The notes below the pieces were generated by a model, which did no database searches, was not told the origin of the DNA, and saw nothing but the letters and a program-made list of their open reading frames with translations. A stretch of 64,000 nucleotides of DNA from a virus. Taxonomy: Duplodnaviria; Caudoviricetes. Of the stretch, positions 1 through 9,144 are shown in pieces. The number at the start of each line of letters is the position of its first letter. The first letter of the stretch is position 1. Position numbers and translations under genes: made by a program. The DNA lies in the IMG/VR virus record IMGVR_UViG_3300047557_002530; one strand, 5' to 3'.

Positions 1-2
1 AA

Positions 3-185
3 GAGTTTCAAGAAAATTTTGATAATCTAATACAAAGAGTAGAAAATGGTGAATCATTTATTATTACTGATGGGGAAAGAAACGCAGTGATAGTTCCATA
101 CAACGAAACTATAAAGTTTGCAGTAGAATCTAATGTGGATGACGATGTGATACGAATACACACCGACCACGAAGAAGGTTCTTGA
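3..185 (+). CDS. 3' part of a small protein, Phd/YefM-antitoxin-like ('plasmid stability'-type) cyanophage protein; 5' end is outside the window
   Basis: Open frame EFQENFDNLIQRVENGESFIITDGERNAVIVPY...HEEGS*, stop TGA 183-185; the F..L.+.V..GE...IT pattern resembles Phd/YefM. Confidence 0.55.
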   Translation, partial: EFQENFDNLIQRVENGESFIITDGERNAVIVPYNETIKFAVESNVDDDVIRIHTDHEEGS

Positions 186-210
186 CATAGAGTTCCAGGT
201 CCTCTACAAT
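182..210 (+). promoter_or_regulatory. sigma70-type promoter for the tRNA pair
   Basis: TTGACA-17 nt-TACAAT just upstream of the tRNA at 224. Confidence 0.7.
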
Positions 211-223
211 AGATCTGGTTCAA

Positions 224-311
224 GCGAGTGAGACTTGGTAGTCAGAGGAGTCTTATAAACTCTTTCCGCCAGATTAGCGGCTTTGAGGTGGTTCGAATCC
301 ACCCACTCGTA
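224..311 (+). tRNA. tRNA with TAT anticodon (nominally Ile-UAU), atypical long variable arm
   Basis: Acceptor GCGAGTG/CACTCGT, anticodon stem GGAGT/ACTCT with loop CTTATAA (TAT at 254-256), variable hairpin CCGC/GCGG, T arm GGTGG-TTCGAAT-CCACC. Confidence 0.75.
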
Positions 312-315
312 CCTT

Positions 316-388
316 GCTCCTTTAGCAATCTGGTGAATGCAGCGAACTCATAATTCGCCTGAGGCGTGTTCGATCCACGCAAGGAGCA
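316..388 (+). tRNA. tRNA-CAT (elongator Met or Ile2)
   Basis: Acceptor GCTCCTT/AAGGAGC, anticodon stem GCGAA/TTCGC with loop CTCATAA, T arm GCGTG-TTCGATC-CACGC. Confidence 0.9.
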
Positions 389-389
389 C

Positions 390-419
390 TTGACAGAACC
401 CCTGTCAAACCCTTATAAT
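390..419 (+). promoter_or_regulatory. sigma70-type promoter with an internal inverted repeat
   Basis: TTGACA(390)-18 nt-TATAAT(414); inverted repeat TTGACAG-N5-CTGTCAA overlaps the -35. Confidence 0.6.
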
Positions 420-441
420 ACTAAGGTCAACATTCAAAACA

Positions 442-657
442 ATGACTCTCACAGCAAAATTCAAGAAAGACGTTCAAACCCTCCGTGGTGCAGCAAACGG
501 TGATTTTTACCTTGATGTAAAGAATCCGAAACTTTATAAAAAGGTTCGTCGTTTTTATGAGAATGAAGGTGTAGTATTCTCTGGTGATCCTTTGGATGAT
601 TATGAAATGCTTATGGAATATGTTCTTGCCGATCTTGAATCTGTTGAAGTTGCTTGA
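442..657 (+). CDS. hypothetical cyanophage protein
   Basis: 71-aa ORF downstream of a promoter, phage-like codon usage. Confidence 0.75.
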   Translation: MTLTAKFKKDVQTLRGAANGDFYLDVKNPKLYKKVRRFYENEGVVFSGDPLDDYEMLMEYVLADLESVEVA

Positions 658-664
658 TTAAATA

Positions 665-708
665 GTCTCGGGATGACTATAAAAGCGTACTGGTCGGGAG
701 CAAACCCC
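665..708 (+). ncRNA. putative 5' segment of a manA/wcaG-like cyanophage structured RNA
   Basis: GC-rich non-coding stretch GTCTCGGGATGAC...CTGGTCGGGAG starting right after late-promoter core TAAATA (659-664); family assignment from memory, needs cmsearch. Confidence 0.4.
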
Positions 709-710
709 TT

Positions 711-944
711 ATGTCTAGATCTGATCTACTTCGTTGGATTGGAAACATTCTCCTCATAATTGGTTATCAAACTATGCTATGGGGAGAATTTAAATATGGT
801 TTAATGATAAAGGTTGTTGGGGGATTACTCACAGTACCCTTTGCAATTAAACTTAAACTTTGGGATGTATTATTTTTATGTGCCTTCTTTGGTATTACCG
901 AGATATCAAAGTTAACCCAACTTTTCTTAGTTTCTCAAAACTAA
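711..944 (+). CDS. small membrane protein (about 3 hydrophobic segments)
   Basis: 77-aa hydrophobic ORF; its stop lies inside the hairpin CTTAGTT-TCTCAA-AACTAAG. Confidence 0.7.
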   Translation: MSRSDLLRWIGNILLIIGYQTMLWGEFKYGLMIKVVGGLLTVPFAIKLKLWDVLFLCAFFGITEISKLTQLFLVSQN

Positions 945-992
945 GTGGTGGAGCCATTCATATAAATAATATTATGTAATAGTAAAATTTAT

Positions 993-1541
993 ATGAAGAC
1001 CTATTACACATATGCATACCTTCGTGAAAATGGAACACCATATTACATAGGAAAGGGAACTGGTCGTAGAGCATTTCATAAAAATCATAATGTTCCAAGA
1101 CCCACTAAAGATAAAATATTATTTTTGAAGAAAAACCTTTCTGAAGAGGATGCATTAAAACACGAAAAATATCTAATATCAATATTAGATAATCTTTTAA
1201 ACAGAAAAAGTGGTGGAAGTAAAGGAAGAACTCCATTAAGTGAAGAACATAAACTAAAAATTAGCAAAAAACTAAAAAAAGTTAGACCTTTACAAGTCAT
1301 TACTGAAGAACATAAAGATAATATCAAACACTCTGTAAAAAAGCATTGGGATTCTCTTTCTGAAGAAGAAAGAAATAAAAGAATTTCAAATTTTGTTAAA
1401 CCTTCAAAAAAAATTTTTATAGTTGATGGTAAAGAGTACATTGGTATTCAATCTATTATGGAACACTATAATATGACTAAAATGGAAGTTGCTAATAGAA
1501 TTTATAGTAAATCTAAAAAATGGTCTTCTTGGTGCCCGTAA
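993..1541 (+). CDS. GIY-YIG homing endonuclease with NUMOD3-like motif
   Basis: YYTYAYLRENGTPYYIGKG N-terminus, E and N catalytic-type residues, PLSEEHKLKIS motif; late promoter TATAAATA at 961-968. Confidence 0.9.
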   Translation: MKTYYTYAYLRENGTPYYIGKGTGRRAFHKNHNVPRPTKDKILFLKKNLSEEDALKHEKYLISILDNLLNRKSGGSKGRTPLSEEHKLKISKKLKKVRPLQVITEEHKDNIKHSVKKHWDSLSEEERNKRISNFVKPSKKIFIVDGKEYIGIQSIMEHYNMTKMEVANRIYSKSKKWSSWCP

Positions 1542-1566
1542 GATAAGGCACGTTAAATATTCTTGC

Positions 1567-1635
1567 TGGTGCGGATGGGACTCTCTCCCGCCTGGTTTCT
1601 TGCCTCCAGTCAAAGGGCAAGTGGCGAGCCTGAGT
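1567..1635 (+). ncRNA. wcaG-like RNA motif (pseudoknotted)
   Basis: GGGA/TCCC hairpin; CGCC/GGCG stem enclosing CTTGCC/GGCAAG hairpin whose loop CCAG (1606-1609) is complementary to CTGG (1592-1595); lies upstream of an NAD-dependent epimerase, the context known for wcaG RNA. Confidence 0.7.
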
Positions 1636-1640
1636 TACGT

Positions 1641-1676
1641 AGGTGGGTTGCATAAACCCACCTTTTTTTGTATAAT
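1641..1676 (+). terminator. intrinsic terminator overlapping a sigma70-type promoter
   Basis: AGGTGGGTT-GCATA-AACCCACCT-T tract; TTGCAT(1648)-17-TATAAT(1671). Confidence 0.8.
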
Positions 1677-1702
1677 ATATACTAAGAGAAATTTATCAAT
1701 CT

Positions 1703-2770
1703 ATGAGTGATTATAAAAAAACAGCACTTGTTCTTGGTGCTGGTGGCTTTATTGGAAGTCATATGGTAAAACGACTACGTGCTGAAGGTTATTGGGTACG
1801 TGGTGTCGATCTTAAACTTCCAGAGTATTCTGAGAGTGAAGCACACGAATTTGTTATTGGAGATCTTAGAGATCTTAATTTTGTAGAGAGAACTCTCCAA
1901 TACAAAGGACCTTATCGCAATTTTTATAACTTTGTTCCTAGTAGGTACATTGAAACCTTTGATGAGATTTATCAGTTTGCTGCTGATATGGGTGGTGCGG
2001 GATTCGTTTTCACTGGCGAGAACGATGCAGATATTATGCATAACTCCGCAACCATCAATCTCAATGTCCTTGAGGCACAACGCCAACTAAATGATTTTAA
2101 AGGCGTAAATAAAACCAAGATCTTCTATTCTGGGTCTGCGTGCATGTATCCAGAACACAATCAGTTAGATCCTGACAATCCAGATTGTCGTGAAGAATCA
2201 GCATATCCTGCCAACCCAGACTCTGAGTATGGTTGGGAAAAACTTTTCTCTGAGCGACTATTTTTCGCTTATCATCGTAACTATGGGATCCCTGTTCGGG
2301 TTGCTAGGTATCATAATATCTTTGGACCTGAAGGAACCTGGGAAGGTGGAAGAGAAAAAGCACCTGCAGCGATCTGTCGTAAAGTCGCATATCTTCCAGA
2401 GAAAGGTGGAACCATTGATGTGTGGGGAGATGGTTTACAGACTCGTTCCTTCTTGTATATTGATGAATGCATCGAAGCAACCCGCAGAATGATGGATAGT
2501 AATTTTATTGGACCCGTTAACATTGGTTCTGAAGAAATGGTTACTATCAATCAACTCGTAGACACTGCTGCTAAAGTTGCTAGTAAGGTTGTAGAGAAGA
2601 ATCATATTGATGGACCTCTTGGAGTTCGTGGACGTAACTCAAATAATGATCTCATTCGCGAAAAACTTGGGTGGGACTATTCACAAAGTCTTGAAGAAGG
2701 TATTCGTAAGACTTATAATTGGATTAAAAAACAGATTGATAAAAAAACAGTAGCACATCACCCTGTATAG
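1703..2770 (+). CDS. NAD-dependent epimerase/dehydratase, GDP-mannose 3,5-epimerase-like
   Basis: GAGGFIG Rossmann motif, FAADMGGAGF, SSAC-like SGSACMY, YGWEK (YxxxK). Confidence 0.92.
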   Translation: MSDYKKTALVLGAGGFIGSHMVKRLRAEGYWVRGVDLKLPEYSESEAHEFVIGDLRDLNFVERTLQYKGPYRNFYNFVPSRYIETFDEIYQFAADMGGAGFVFTGENDADIMHNSATINLNVLEAQRQLNDFKGVNKTKIFYSGSACMYPEHNQLDPDNPDCREESAYPANPDSEYGWEKLFSERLFFAYHRNYGIPVRVARYHNIFGPEGTWEGGREKAPAAICRKVAYLPEKGGTIDVWGDGLQTRSFLYIDECIEATRRMMDSNFIGPVNIGSEEMVTINQLVDTAAKVASKVVEKNHIDGPLGVRGRNSNNDLIREKLGWDYSQSLEEGIRKTYNWIKKQIDKKTVAHHPV

Positions 2771-2773
2771 AAA

Positions 2774-3433
2774 ATGGCAAAATTACAAAACGCAATTCAT
2801 CTTCGTCCAACATTCGAAGATTTTAATATTCAGCATTATATTGAAACTGGAACTGGTGGAATCCTAGATTCATATGGTCAGAATTCATTACTGCAAGTAT
2901 CCCAACTTCAAAAATCTGACCTGAAAATGCATTCTATTGAAATTCTTGATAGAATTTATAATGAAGCAGTGGATTATTTTAAAGATAATTCTAATGTTTG
3001 TATGCATCTTGGAAATAGTCACGATGAACTGCCAAAAGTTCTTGATGAATTGGATGAAAATCCCGCATTGTTTTTTCTAGATGCACATTTTCCCGATTCA
3101 TATCGCGACGAGCATAATCGTGAAGTAATTCGTGATGACCCAGATTATATTAAAATTCCTCTTGAAGGAGAACTACGTATTCTTTGTCAGAAGCGTGATG
3201 TGAGTAAGGATATTATTGTCATTGATGATATTCGTATTTACAAAGAAGGTCCATATGAGAATGGAAACTTTGAAAACAAAGCACTGCACGGAGGGGAGAG
3301 TCTCGATTTTGTTTATGAACTTCTAGATGAAACTCATATTGTTGTAGAGTCTTATCTTCAGGAAGGATATTTGATTTGCTTCCCTGTCAATACAGATGAG
3401 CAATCTCTTCGCAAATATGTTGTTGGTGCCTGA
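2774..3433 (+). CDS. putative class I SAM-dependent methyltransferase-like protein
   Basis: IETGT motif I-like, FFLDAH and IVIDD motifs. Confidence 0.55.
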   Translation: MAKLQNAIHLRPTFEDFNIQHYIETGTGGILDSYGQNSLLQVSQLQKSDLKMHSIEILDRIYNEAVDYFKDNSNVCMHLGNSHDELPKVLDELDENPALFFLDAHFPDSYRDEHNREVIRDDPDYIKIPLEGELRILCQKRDVSKDIIVIDDIRIYKEGPYENGNFENKALHGGESLDFVYELLDETHIVVESYLQEGYLICFPVNTDEQSLRKYVVGA

Positions 3434-4293
3434 TGAAACTTTACAACTGTAAATATGTTGTAGCAAAAGGAACAACCGGTAGATATGCCGGTTGTGATTT
3501 ACTTGCTCATCCAGAGATTAATGAATTGTATTGTCTCTGGAATTGTGGTTTTTATTCAAATGAATTTCAAGTTTTTAATTCTCTTCTTGTCCTTTTGAAA
3601 CATGGAATTATTCCAGAAAGAATAGATTATTCCTTGGGATATCGTCATTTTAAGAAAGATCCAAATCAAGACATTTACTCTGATTTTCATAAAATTGATG
3701 ATAAAATAGATCTAGATTTATTTGTCGATATTCCCCTTCCTGATTCCAATAAATGTCAATTTGATCTTTATCGTTTTGATGTTTATAATAAAATTAAAGA
3801 TAGATTTTTTGGACCAAGTGATCTTATTTTAGAGAGAAAAAATATCTTGATTGATAAGTATAAATTTGATCCACAGAAAACTATTTCAGTTTTATACAGA
3901 GGAACTGATAAATCTACTGAGTTACAATTAGGATCTCCAACAGAATATTTGAAAGTTGTAAAGAATATTTTAAAAGACAACCCAAATTTTAAAGTTCTTT
4001 TGCAAACAGATCAGACTCAAGTTATTCAATATTTTTATGATCAACTTGGTGATATACTAATTACCTTTGAAGAAACTCCATCAACAGCATCAAATAAAGT
4101 TATTTGGAGTTTGATGGAACAGTCAGGCAAAGATTCTATTGATTGGTCTCAGTGGTTTGATGCAGCATTAAGATGTGTATCTGAATGTAAATATCTTGTA
4201 AACCATACAGGTAATGTCGCATTTTTTGCTAATTTATATCGAGGAAATGTAGATAAAGTCTATCAATTTAATGAAAATGGAGTTCTAATATGA
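3433..4293 (+). CDS. putative glycosyltransferase (NodZ/O-fucosyltransferase-like fold)
   Basis: SVLYRGTDK motif, LLQTDQ, C-terminal 'ECKYLVNHTGN' pattern. Confidence 0.55.
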   Translation: MKLYNCKYVVAKGTTGRYAGCDLLAHPEINELYCLWNCGFYSNEFQVFNSLLVLLKHGIIPERIDYSLGYRHFKKDPNQDIYSDFHKIDDKIDLDLFVDIPLPDSNKCQFDLYRFDVYNKIKDRFFGPSDLILERKNILIDKYKFDPQKTISVLYRGTDKSTELQLGSPTEYLKVVKNILKDNPNFKVLLQTDQTQVIQYFYDQLGDILITFEETPSTASNKVIWSLMEQSGKDSIDWSQWFDAALRCVSECKYLVNHTGNVAFFANLYRGNVDKVYQFNENGVLI

Positions 4294-4868
4294 TTAGTAT
4301 AAAAGGTGAATTGAAAAAAATCTTGTCTCTTGAAACTATATCTTGGGACAATACATACTTTAAAAACGTCACTTCTCATGTTCAAAATGAAGGACTCTGG
4401 TTGGAGTTTGGAGTTTGTTCTGGAAGAACCATTAATTTAATATCAGAGTGTACTAATAATACGGTATATGGATTTGATAGTTTTTATGGTCTTCCAGAAG
4501 ATTGGGGGAATCACCAAGAAAAAGGAACTTATTCTAGAGAAGGAAATTTGCCTAGCGTGAATCATAATGTTGAGTTAGTTGTTGGGTTGTTTGAAGATAC
4601 TTTGGATTCTTTCTTGGAAGAGCACAAAGGTCCAATTGCATATCTTCATTTGGATGCCGATTTATATTCTTCAACAAAATTTGTTTTGGATAAACTTTAT
4701 GATAGAATAGTTGAAGGAACAGTCATATCTTTTGACGAAATCTATAACTATCCGGAGTATATGGATCACGAAATCAAAGCCTGGGTAGAATTTTGCAATG
4801 AACACAAAATTTCTTCAAAATGGATTTTGAAAACTCCTCATGAACAAGCAACTTGCATAGTAAAATGA
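4290..4868 (+). CDS. TylF/MycF-like O-methyltransferase
   Basis: LEFGVCSG, YGFDSFYGLPEDW, LHLDADLYSST, FDE motifs. Confidence 0.8.
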   Translation: MISIKGELKKILSLETISWDNTYFKNVTSHVQNEGLWLEFGVCSGRTINLISECTNNTVYGFDSFYGLPEDWGNHQEKGTYSREGNLPSVNHNVELVVGLFEDTLDSFLEEHKGPIAYLHLDADLYSSTKFVLDKLYDRIVEGTVISFDEIYNYPEYMDHEIKAWVEFCNEHKISSKWILKTPHEQATCIVK

Positions 4869-5659
4869 ATAAAATACCTGACCTAGTTTTTCATCACCAT
4901 ACTTCATTGGGTGATAATTTTATTTGCAATGGAATCGTACATACTTATGCTAAACAGTTATGTGAAAGACTTCACATTCCATGCCATCGTAGATACTATG
5001 AAACTGTAAATTGCTTGTATCAAGATTTTCAAAATATTATTGTTCATCCGTTTAATGATGATTGGGCAACTCTAGAGCAAGAAATGTTTCCTTGGGCACA
5101 AGAAAAAGGATGGCCAGTAACTAGAATTGGATTTGAAAAAGTTTATTATCGTCGTCTTCAGAGACTAAATTCTCCTCCAGAATTCTTTGCGGTTAACTTT
5201 GATAGGCAGTTTTATGAGCAAGCAGGAATACTGTTTAAAGAACGATATGATAAATTTACCTTGCCAAAGCAAATACCAGGAGTTGATGAAGTTTATAATA
5301 ACTTAGTTGGAGAAGAAAAAGAATATATTATAGTTCATAAGAACTCCAGCGCAGAAGGCGATTATCCAATTGACTTGTGGAATTGGAGAAGAAATCAAAT
5401 CGGATCTGTTCCTGATACAAAGATTGTTGAGATACAAATTGGGCAGACAACAAATATGTTGTCTTATATGAAACTTATTGAAAATGCAAAAGAGATTCAT
5501 TGTATTAATAGTAGTTTCTTTTGTTTAGTTGATAGTGTCGCTAAAAAAATTAAACCAAAACTTTTTTATCATGATATTCGCATGAACAATATAACTCAAA
5601 CAAATTGTGATGCTAATGGTAACCGTTGGACTGTTGTTGACTATCCATTCAAAAAATGA
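4865..5659 (+). CDS. hypothetical protein in the sugar cluster (possible glycosyltransferase)
   Basis: HHTSLGDNFICNG N-terminus and IHCINSSF motif; start placed at ATG 4865. Confidence 0.6.
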   Translation: MNKIPDLVFHHHTSLGDNFICNGIVHTYAKQLCERLHIPCHRRYYETVNCLYQDFQNIIVHPFNDDWATLEQEMFPWAQEKGWPVTRIGFEKVYYRRLQRLNSPPEFFAVNFDRQFYEQAGILFKERYDKFTLPKQIPGVDEVYNNLVGEEKEYIIVHKNSSAEGDYPIDLWNWRRNQIGSVPDTKIVEIQIGQTTNMLSYMKLIENAKEIHCINSSFFCLVDSVAKKIKPKLFYHDIRMNNITQTNCDANGNRWTVVDYPFKK

Positions 5660-6534
5660 AAAAAATAGCAGTTTCTACTTGGTGTACTGATGATTATGCA
5701 GTCCATCTAAGACCAGATAGGTTGCAAAAACTAATTAATCACTTTCATCCAGAAATAGATTTTCATATTTTTGGAACAGAGGATACGAAAAATATAACAA
5801 AAGAATATTCTTGGCTTGGTGCCGAAAATGTTAGATTTTCTGATTGGATGATGGTAGCGACTTGTCTTCCTCTTGTTGAAGACTATGATATGGTTATTCA
5901 TATTGATGCGGACTCTTTTTGTATTGGCAGTCTTGATAAAGTTATTAATTCAAATGCAGAATTAATAGGAGTCAGAAACAATAACTTCTTTGGTAAAGCT
6001 GGGTCCGCACAACCATGTATAAGTCCTTTCTACGAACCCTATGGTGATGGTGGAATTATAGGAGTGAATGAATTTCTTAATGCGGGATTTATTGCTTCAA
6101 ATGATAAGCAGTTTTGGTATGAGTGGAGAGACTTTAATAAGTTTGTTGCTGAACAAAGTGATGGTAGAACCTTTACATATAAACCATGGCCTTTGATTCG
6201 CAATGAACAAGATACTTGGAATCATATATTTCACGCAAAAGATAAGTATACAAGTGAGATAGTTGATAGAGAGGGGAGTGGTGTGACTTATGGTATAGTT
6301 AATCAGTGGGGAGAAAAAGAACATTGTGAGAGTTGGAAAAATCTTTATATAAAAGATAATTCAGTTTACATTGATCATCCAATTACTGGAGAACCACTTA
6401 GAACAAGTATACTTCATGCTGCTGGTGTTGGAACAATGGAAACCATTAAACAATATGGTGATCATTATAACTGGTTATATGGTATAATTAAACCAGAAGT
6501 ACGCGACTACATTCAAACAATTTTAGGAGAATAA
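5656..6534 (+). CDS. putative nucleotide-diphospho-sugar transferase (GT-A, GT8-like)
   Basis: HIDAD (DxD), LNAGF, NEQD, LHAAG motifs. Confidence 0.65.
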   Translation: MKKIAVSTWCTDDYAVHLRPDRLQKLINHFHPEIDFHIFGTEDTKNITKEYSWLGAENVRFSDWMMVATCLPLVEDYDMVIHIDADSFCIGSLDKVINSNAELIGVRNNNFFGKAGSAQPCISPFYEPYGDGGIIGVNEFLNAGFIASNDKQFWYEWRDFNKFVAEQSDGRTFTYKPWPLIRNEQDTWNHIFHAKDKYTSEIVDREGSGVTYGIVNQWGEKEHCESWKNLYIKDNSVYIDHPITGEPLRTSILHAAGVGTMETIKQYGDHYNWLYGIIKPEVRDYIQTILGE

Positions 6535-6535
6535 A

Positions 6536-7246
6536 ATGACAGTTATTTTAAAAACAATTAAAGATCTTGAGACATATGATCTTTCCAAATCTGAAAAGTT
6601 TTTGGAGCATCATAATACTCCTCATTCAAAAACAACTGCAATTCTTGAGCAGTTTCAAAACGGATTCTACTCATTTCTAGAGGATAACGAAGAGGTAGTC
6701 TTGGTAGACCTTGGGGCAAATATTGGATTGTTTTCTCTTTATATGAGTTCTATCTGTAAAGAAGTGTATGCAGTAGAGCCAACTCCATCTCATATTGAGA
6801 TTATGAAAGATCTTCTAAAAAAACTTAAAGTAAAAAATATCTTTCCACATCAAGTTGCGATTCATACGAAAAATGGCGAAGAACAATTTCAGTTGAACAG
6901 CAGCAATTCAACCATGAATTCTTTTCTTCGTCATGGTATTGATCCTGGTGGCACTGATAGTGTGATGGTTCCTACTACGACTCTTGCAGACTTCATTAAA
7001 AACACTGTGAAGAAGAGGGTCAATTTTGTTAAGATGGATATTGAAGGATTTGAGAATGTAGTAGTTCATGATCCATCATTTGAAGATGCTATCAAAGAAA
7101 TCGATGCCATTTATGTTGAGGTTCATGATTTTGAAGGTGTTGGTAAGATGGAAGAGAATGTGAATAAAGTTATTGAAAGACTTGAATCGCTTGGTAAAAA
7201 GACAATGAAACTCACTTATGATGGAGTTCTTGGTTATGATGGATGA
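6536..7246 (+). CDS. FkbM-family methyltransferase
   Basis: VDLGANIGLFS, AVEPT, VKMDIEGFE. Confidence 0.9.
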   Translation: MTVILKTIKDLETYDLSKSEKFLEHHNTPHSKTTAILEQFQNGFYSFLEDNEEVVLVDLGANIGLFSLYMSSICKEVYAVEPTPSHIEIMKDLLKKLKVKNIFPHQVAIHTKNGEEQFQLNSSNSTMNSFLRHGIDPGGTDSVMVPTTTLADFIKNTVKKRVNFVKMDIEGFENVVVHDPSFEDAIKEIDAIYVEVHDFEGVGKMEENVNKVIERLESLGKKTMKLTYDGVLGYDG

Positions 7247-7859
7247 AAAATTATCTCAAAGACTTCTTGATATTTGTTATCGCAAACAACTTCATCACTT
7301 AGGAAGTTACTTTTCTTGTCTTGATTTGATTGACAAAATTTATAGTGAGATGAGTGAAAATGATATTTTCATTCTTTCAAATGGACACGCAGTAGTTTCT
7401 CTGTATGTTGTTCTTGAAAAATACTTTGGATTTAATGCCGAAGAACTTTTAGAAAAATATGGAGAACATCCAAAAAGAGATGAAAGTGTAAAACTTCATT
7501 GCTCAACTGGAAGTCTTGGTATGGGTATTACAGTTGCTGTAGGAAGAGCACTTGCAAATCCTAATCGTAATGTTTACTGTATGATTTCTGATGGTGAAGC
7601 AGCAGAAGGTTCTGTGTGGGAAGCATTGAGATTTGCTTATGAGAATAATCTGCACAATCTCAAAATCTATGTAAATGCAAATGGATGGGCTGCTTATGAT
7701 GCCGTTGACTTAGACTATCTTGAAAATAGGATTAAAGCATTCAATCCTCGGGTAAACTTTATCAGAACAACTGTAAATCATTATGGTCTAGAAGGTCTTC
7801 ATGCACATTATACAAACTTCAGTGAAGAACAATATAAATCTGCTTTGGAGGTGTTATGA
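7236..7859 (+). CDS. transketolase-like N-terminal (TPP-binding) subunit
   Basis: HHLGSYFS, LSNGHA, TGSLGMG, SDGEAAEGSVWEA TPP motif. Confidence 0.9.
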   Translation: MMDEKLSQRLLDICYRKQLHHLGSYFSCLDLIDKIYSEMSENDIFILSNGHAVVSLYVVLEKYFGFNAEELLEKYGEHPKRDESVKLHCSTGSLGMGITVAVGRALANPNRNVYCMISDGEAAEGSVWEALRFAYENNLHNLKIYVNANGWAAYDAVDLDYLENRIKAFNPRVNFIRTTVNHYGLEGLHAHYTNFSEEQYKSALEVL

Positions 7860-8326
7860 GAAGAACTTTTAGAGATTTATTGACTGCTGAAATGCGAGAG
7901 AATAATAATATTTCTCTCTTAGTTGGTGATGTGGGATATGGATTATTTGATGACTTAAGGAAAGAGTTTCCAAACAGAGTAATTAATCCAGGTGCTTCTG
8001 AACAACTTATGATTGGTATGGCAGTTGGTATGGCAATGGAAGGTATTATTCCTGTCGTATATTCTATTACTCCATTTGTTCTCTATCGTCCGTTTGAGTT
8101 TATCCGTAACTATGTAAATCACGAAAACATCCCTGTTAAACTTGTGGGTAGTGGTAGAGATGATGATTATGGAGTTTGTGGATTTTCTCATTATGCATGT
8201 GAAGATCAGCAAGTTCTTTCTCTATTTCCAAATATAAAAACCTTTAGACCTGAAAATAAAGAGGATATTGATATTAAAGAGTTTTTGTATAATTATTTTC
8301 CTTCTTATATTAACTTAAGTAGATGA
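7856..8326 (+). CDS. transketolase-like pyrimidine-binding subunit (short)
   Basis: GDVGYG, NPGASEQLMIGMAVGMA, FSHYACED. Confidence 0.88.
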   Translation: MRRTFRDLLTAEMRENNNISLLVGDVGYGLFDDLRKEFPNRVINPGASEQLMIGMAVGMAMEGIIPVVYSITPFVLYRPFEFIRNYVNHENIPVKLVGSGRDDDYGVCGFSHYACEDQQVLSLFPNIKTFRPENKEDIDIKEFLYNYFPSYINLSR

Positions 8327-9144
8327 ATATTCTTTTTACTGGACATCGTGGATTTTTGGGGAGAGAAGTTATACCACATCTCCTAAAAACTCACGATGTT
8401 TTTTATCCTGATATCGATTATACAAATAAAGAATCTGTTCAAATTTTCGTAAAAAAGAATAATATAGATTTTATTCTTCATGCTGCAATCAAAGGTGGTC
8501 GCAGAGTTCGTCAGGACATTCCTGACGATTTTTATGTAAATATGAAAATGTTTGAAAATCTTGCCGCACAAAAAGTTCCAATGATTAACTTTTGTAGTGG
8601 TGCTGCATTTGGCAGGCAAAAAGATATTTACCTCGCAGAAGAAAATCAAGTTGGTGAAATAATCCCAGAAGATTACTATGGATTTGCAAAGTCTCTTATA
8701 ACTCAGAGATGTCGTCAATTGGATAATGTTTATAACCTAAGATTTTTTAATGTCTTTGGTCCAGAAACTCCAGACAACATGTTTACTTCTGTCAATATAA
8801 AAAATTATATTGCCAAAAAAGAGATTGTTATTTTTAAAGATAAGTTTATGGATTTTTTCGGCATAAAAGACACTAAAAAAGTTATTGACTTATATCTAGA
8901 ATCAAAAGAAAATTTGCCAAAAGATGTTAACTTAGTTTATGAAACAAAAACAAAACTATCTGATGTTGCTAGGATCATAAACAATCTATCAGAATATGAA
9001 GTTCCTGTGAGTGTTCTAGAAGAAGGAATGGATAGGTCTTATTGTGGATCAGGTGAATTGTTAAAAACTTTTGAGATAGAGTTTGCTGGATTAGAAAACG
9101 AAATTGAGAACTGTTATGAACATTTTTGTAAACGGAACTTTTGA
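8323..9144 (+). CDS. NAD-dependent epimerase/dehydratase
   Basis: TGHRGFLG, YGFAK (YxxxK), LRFFNVFGP. Confidence 0.85.
   Translation: MNILFTGHRGFLGREVIPHLLKTHDVFYPDIDYTNKESVQIFVKKNNIDFILHAAIKGGRRVRQDIPDDFYVNMKMFENLAAQKVPMINFCSGAAFGRQKDIYLAEENQVGEIIPEDYYGFAKSLITQRCRQLDNVYNLRFFNVFGPETPDNMFTSVNIKNYIAKKEIVIFKDKFMDFFGIKDTKKVIDLYLESKENLPKDVNLVYETKTKLSDVARIINNLSEYEVPVSVLEEGMDRSYCGSGELLKTFEIEFAGLENEIENCYEHFCKRNF

Noticed and set aside
7850-7865. Frameshift splitting the transketolase
   Set aside because: The halves join by an ordinary ATGA overlap with an RBS (GGAGG); no slippery site.
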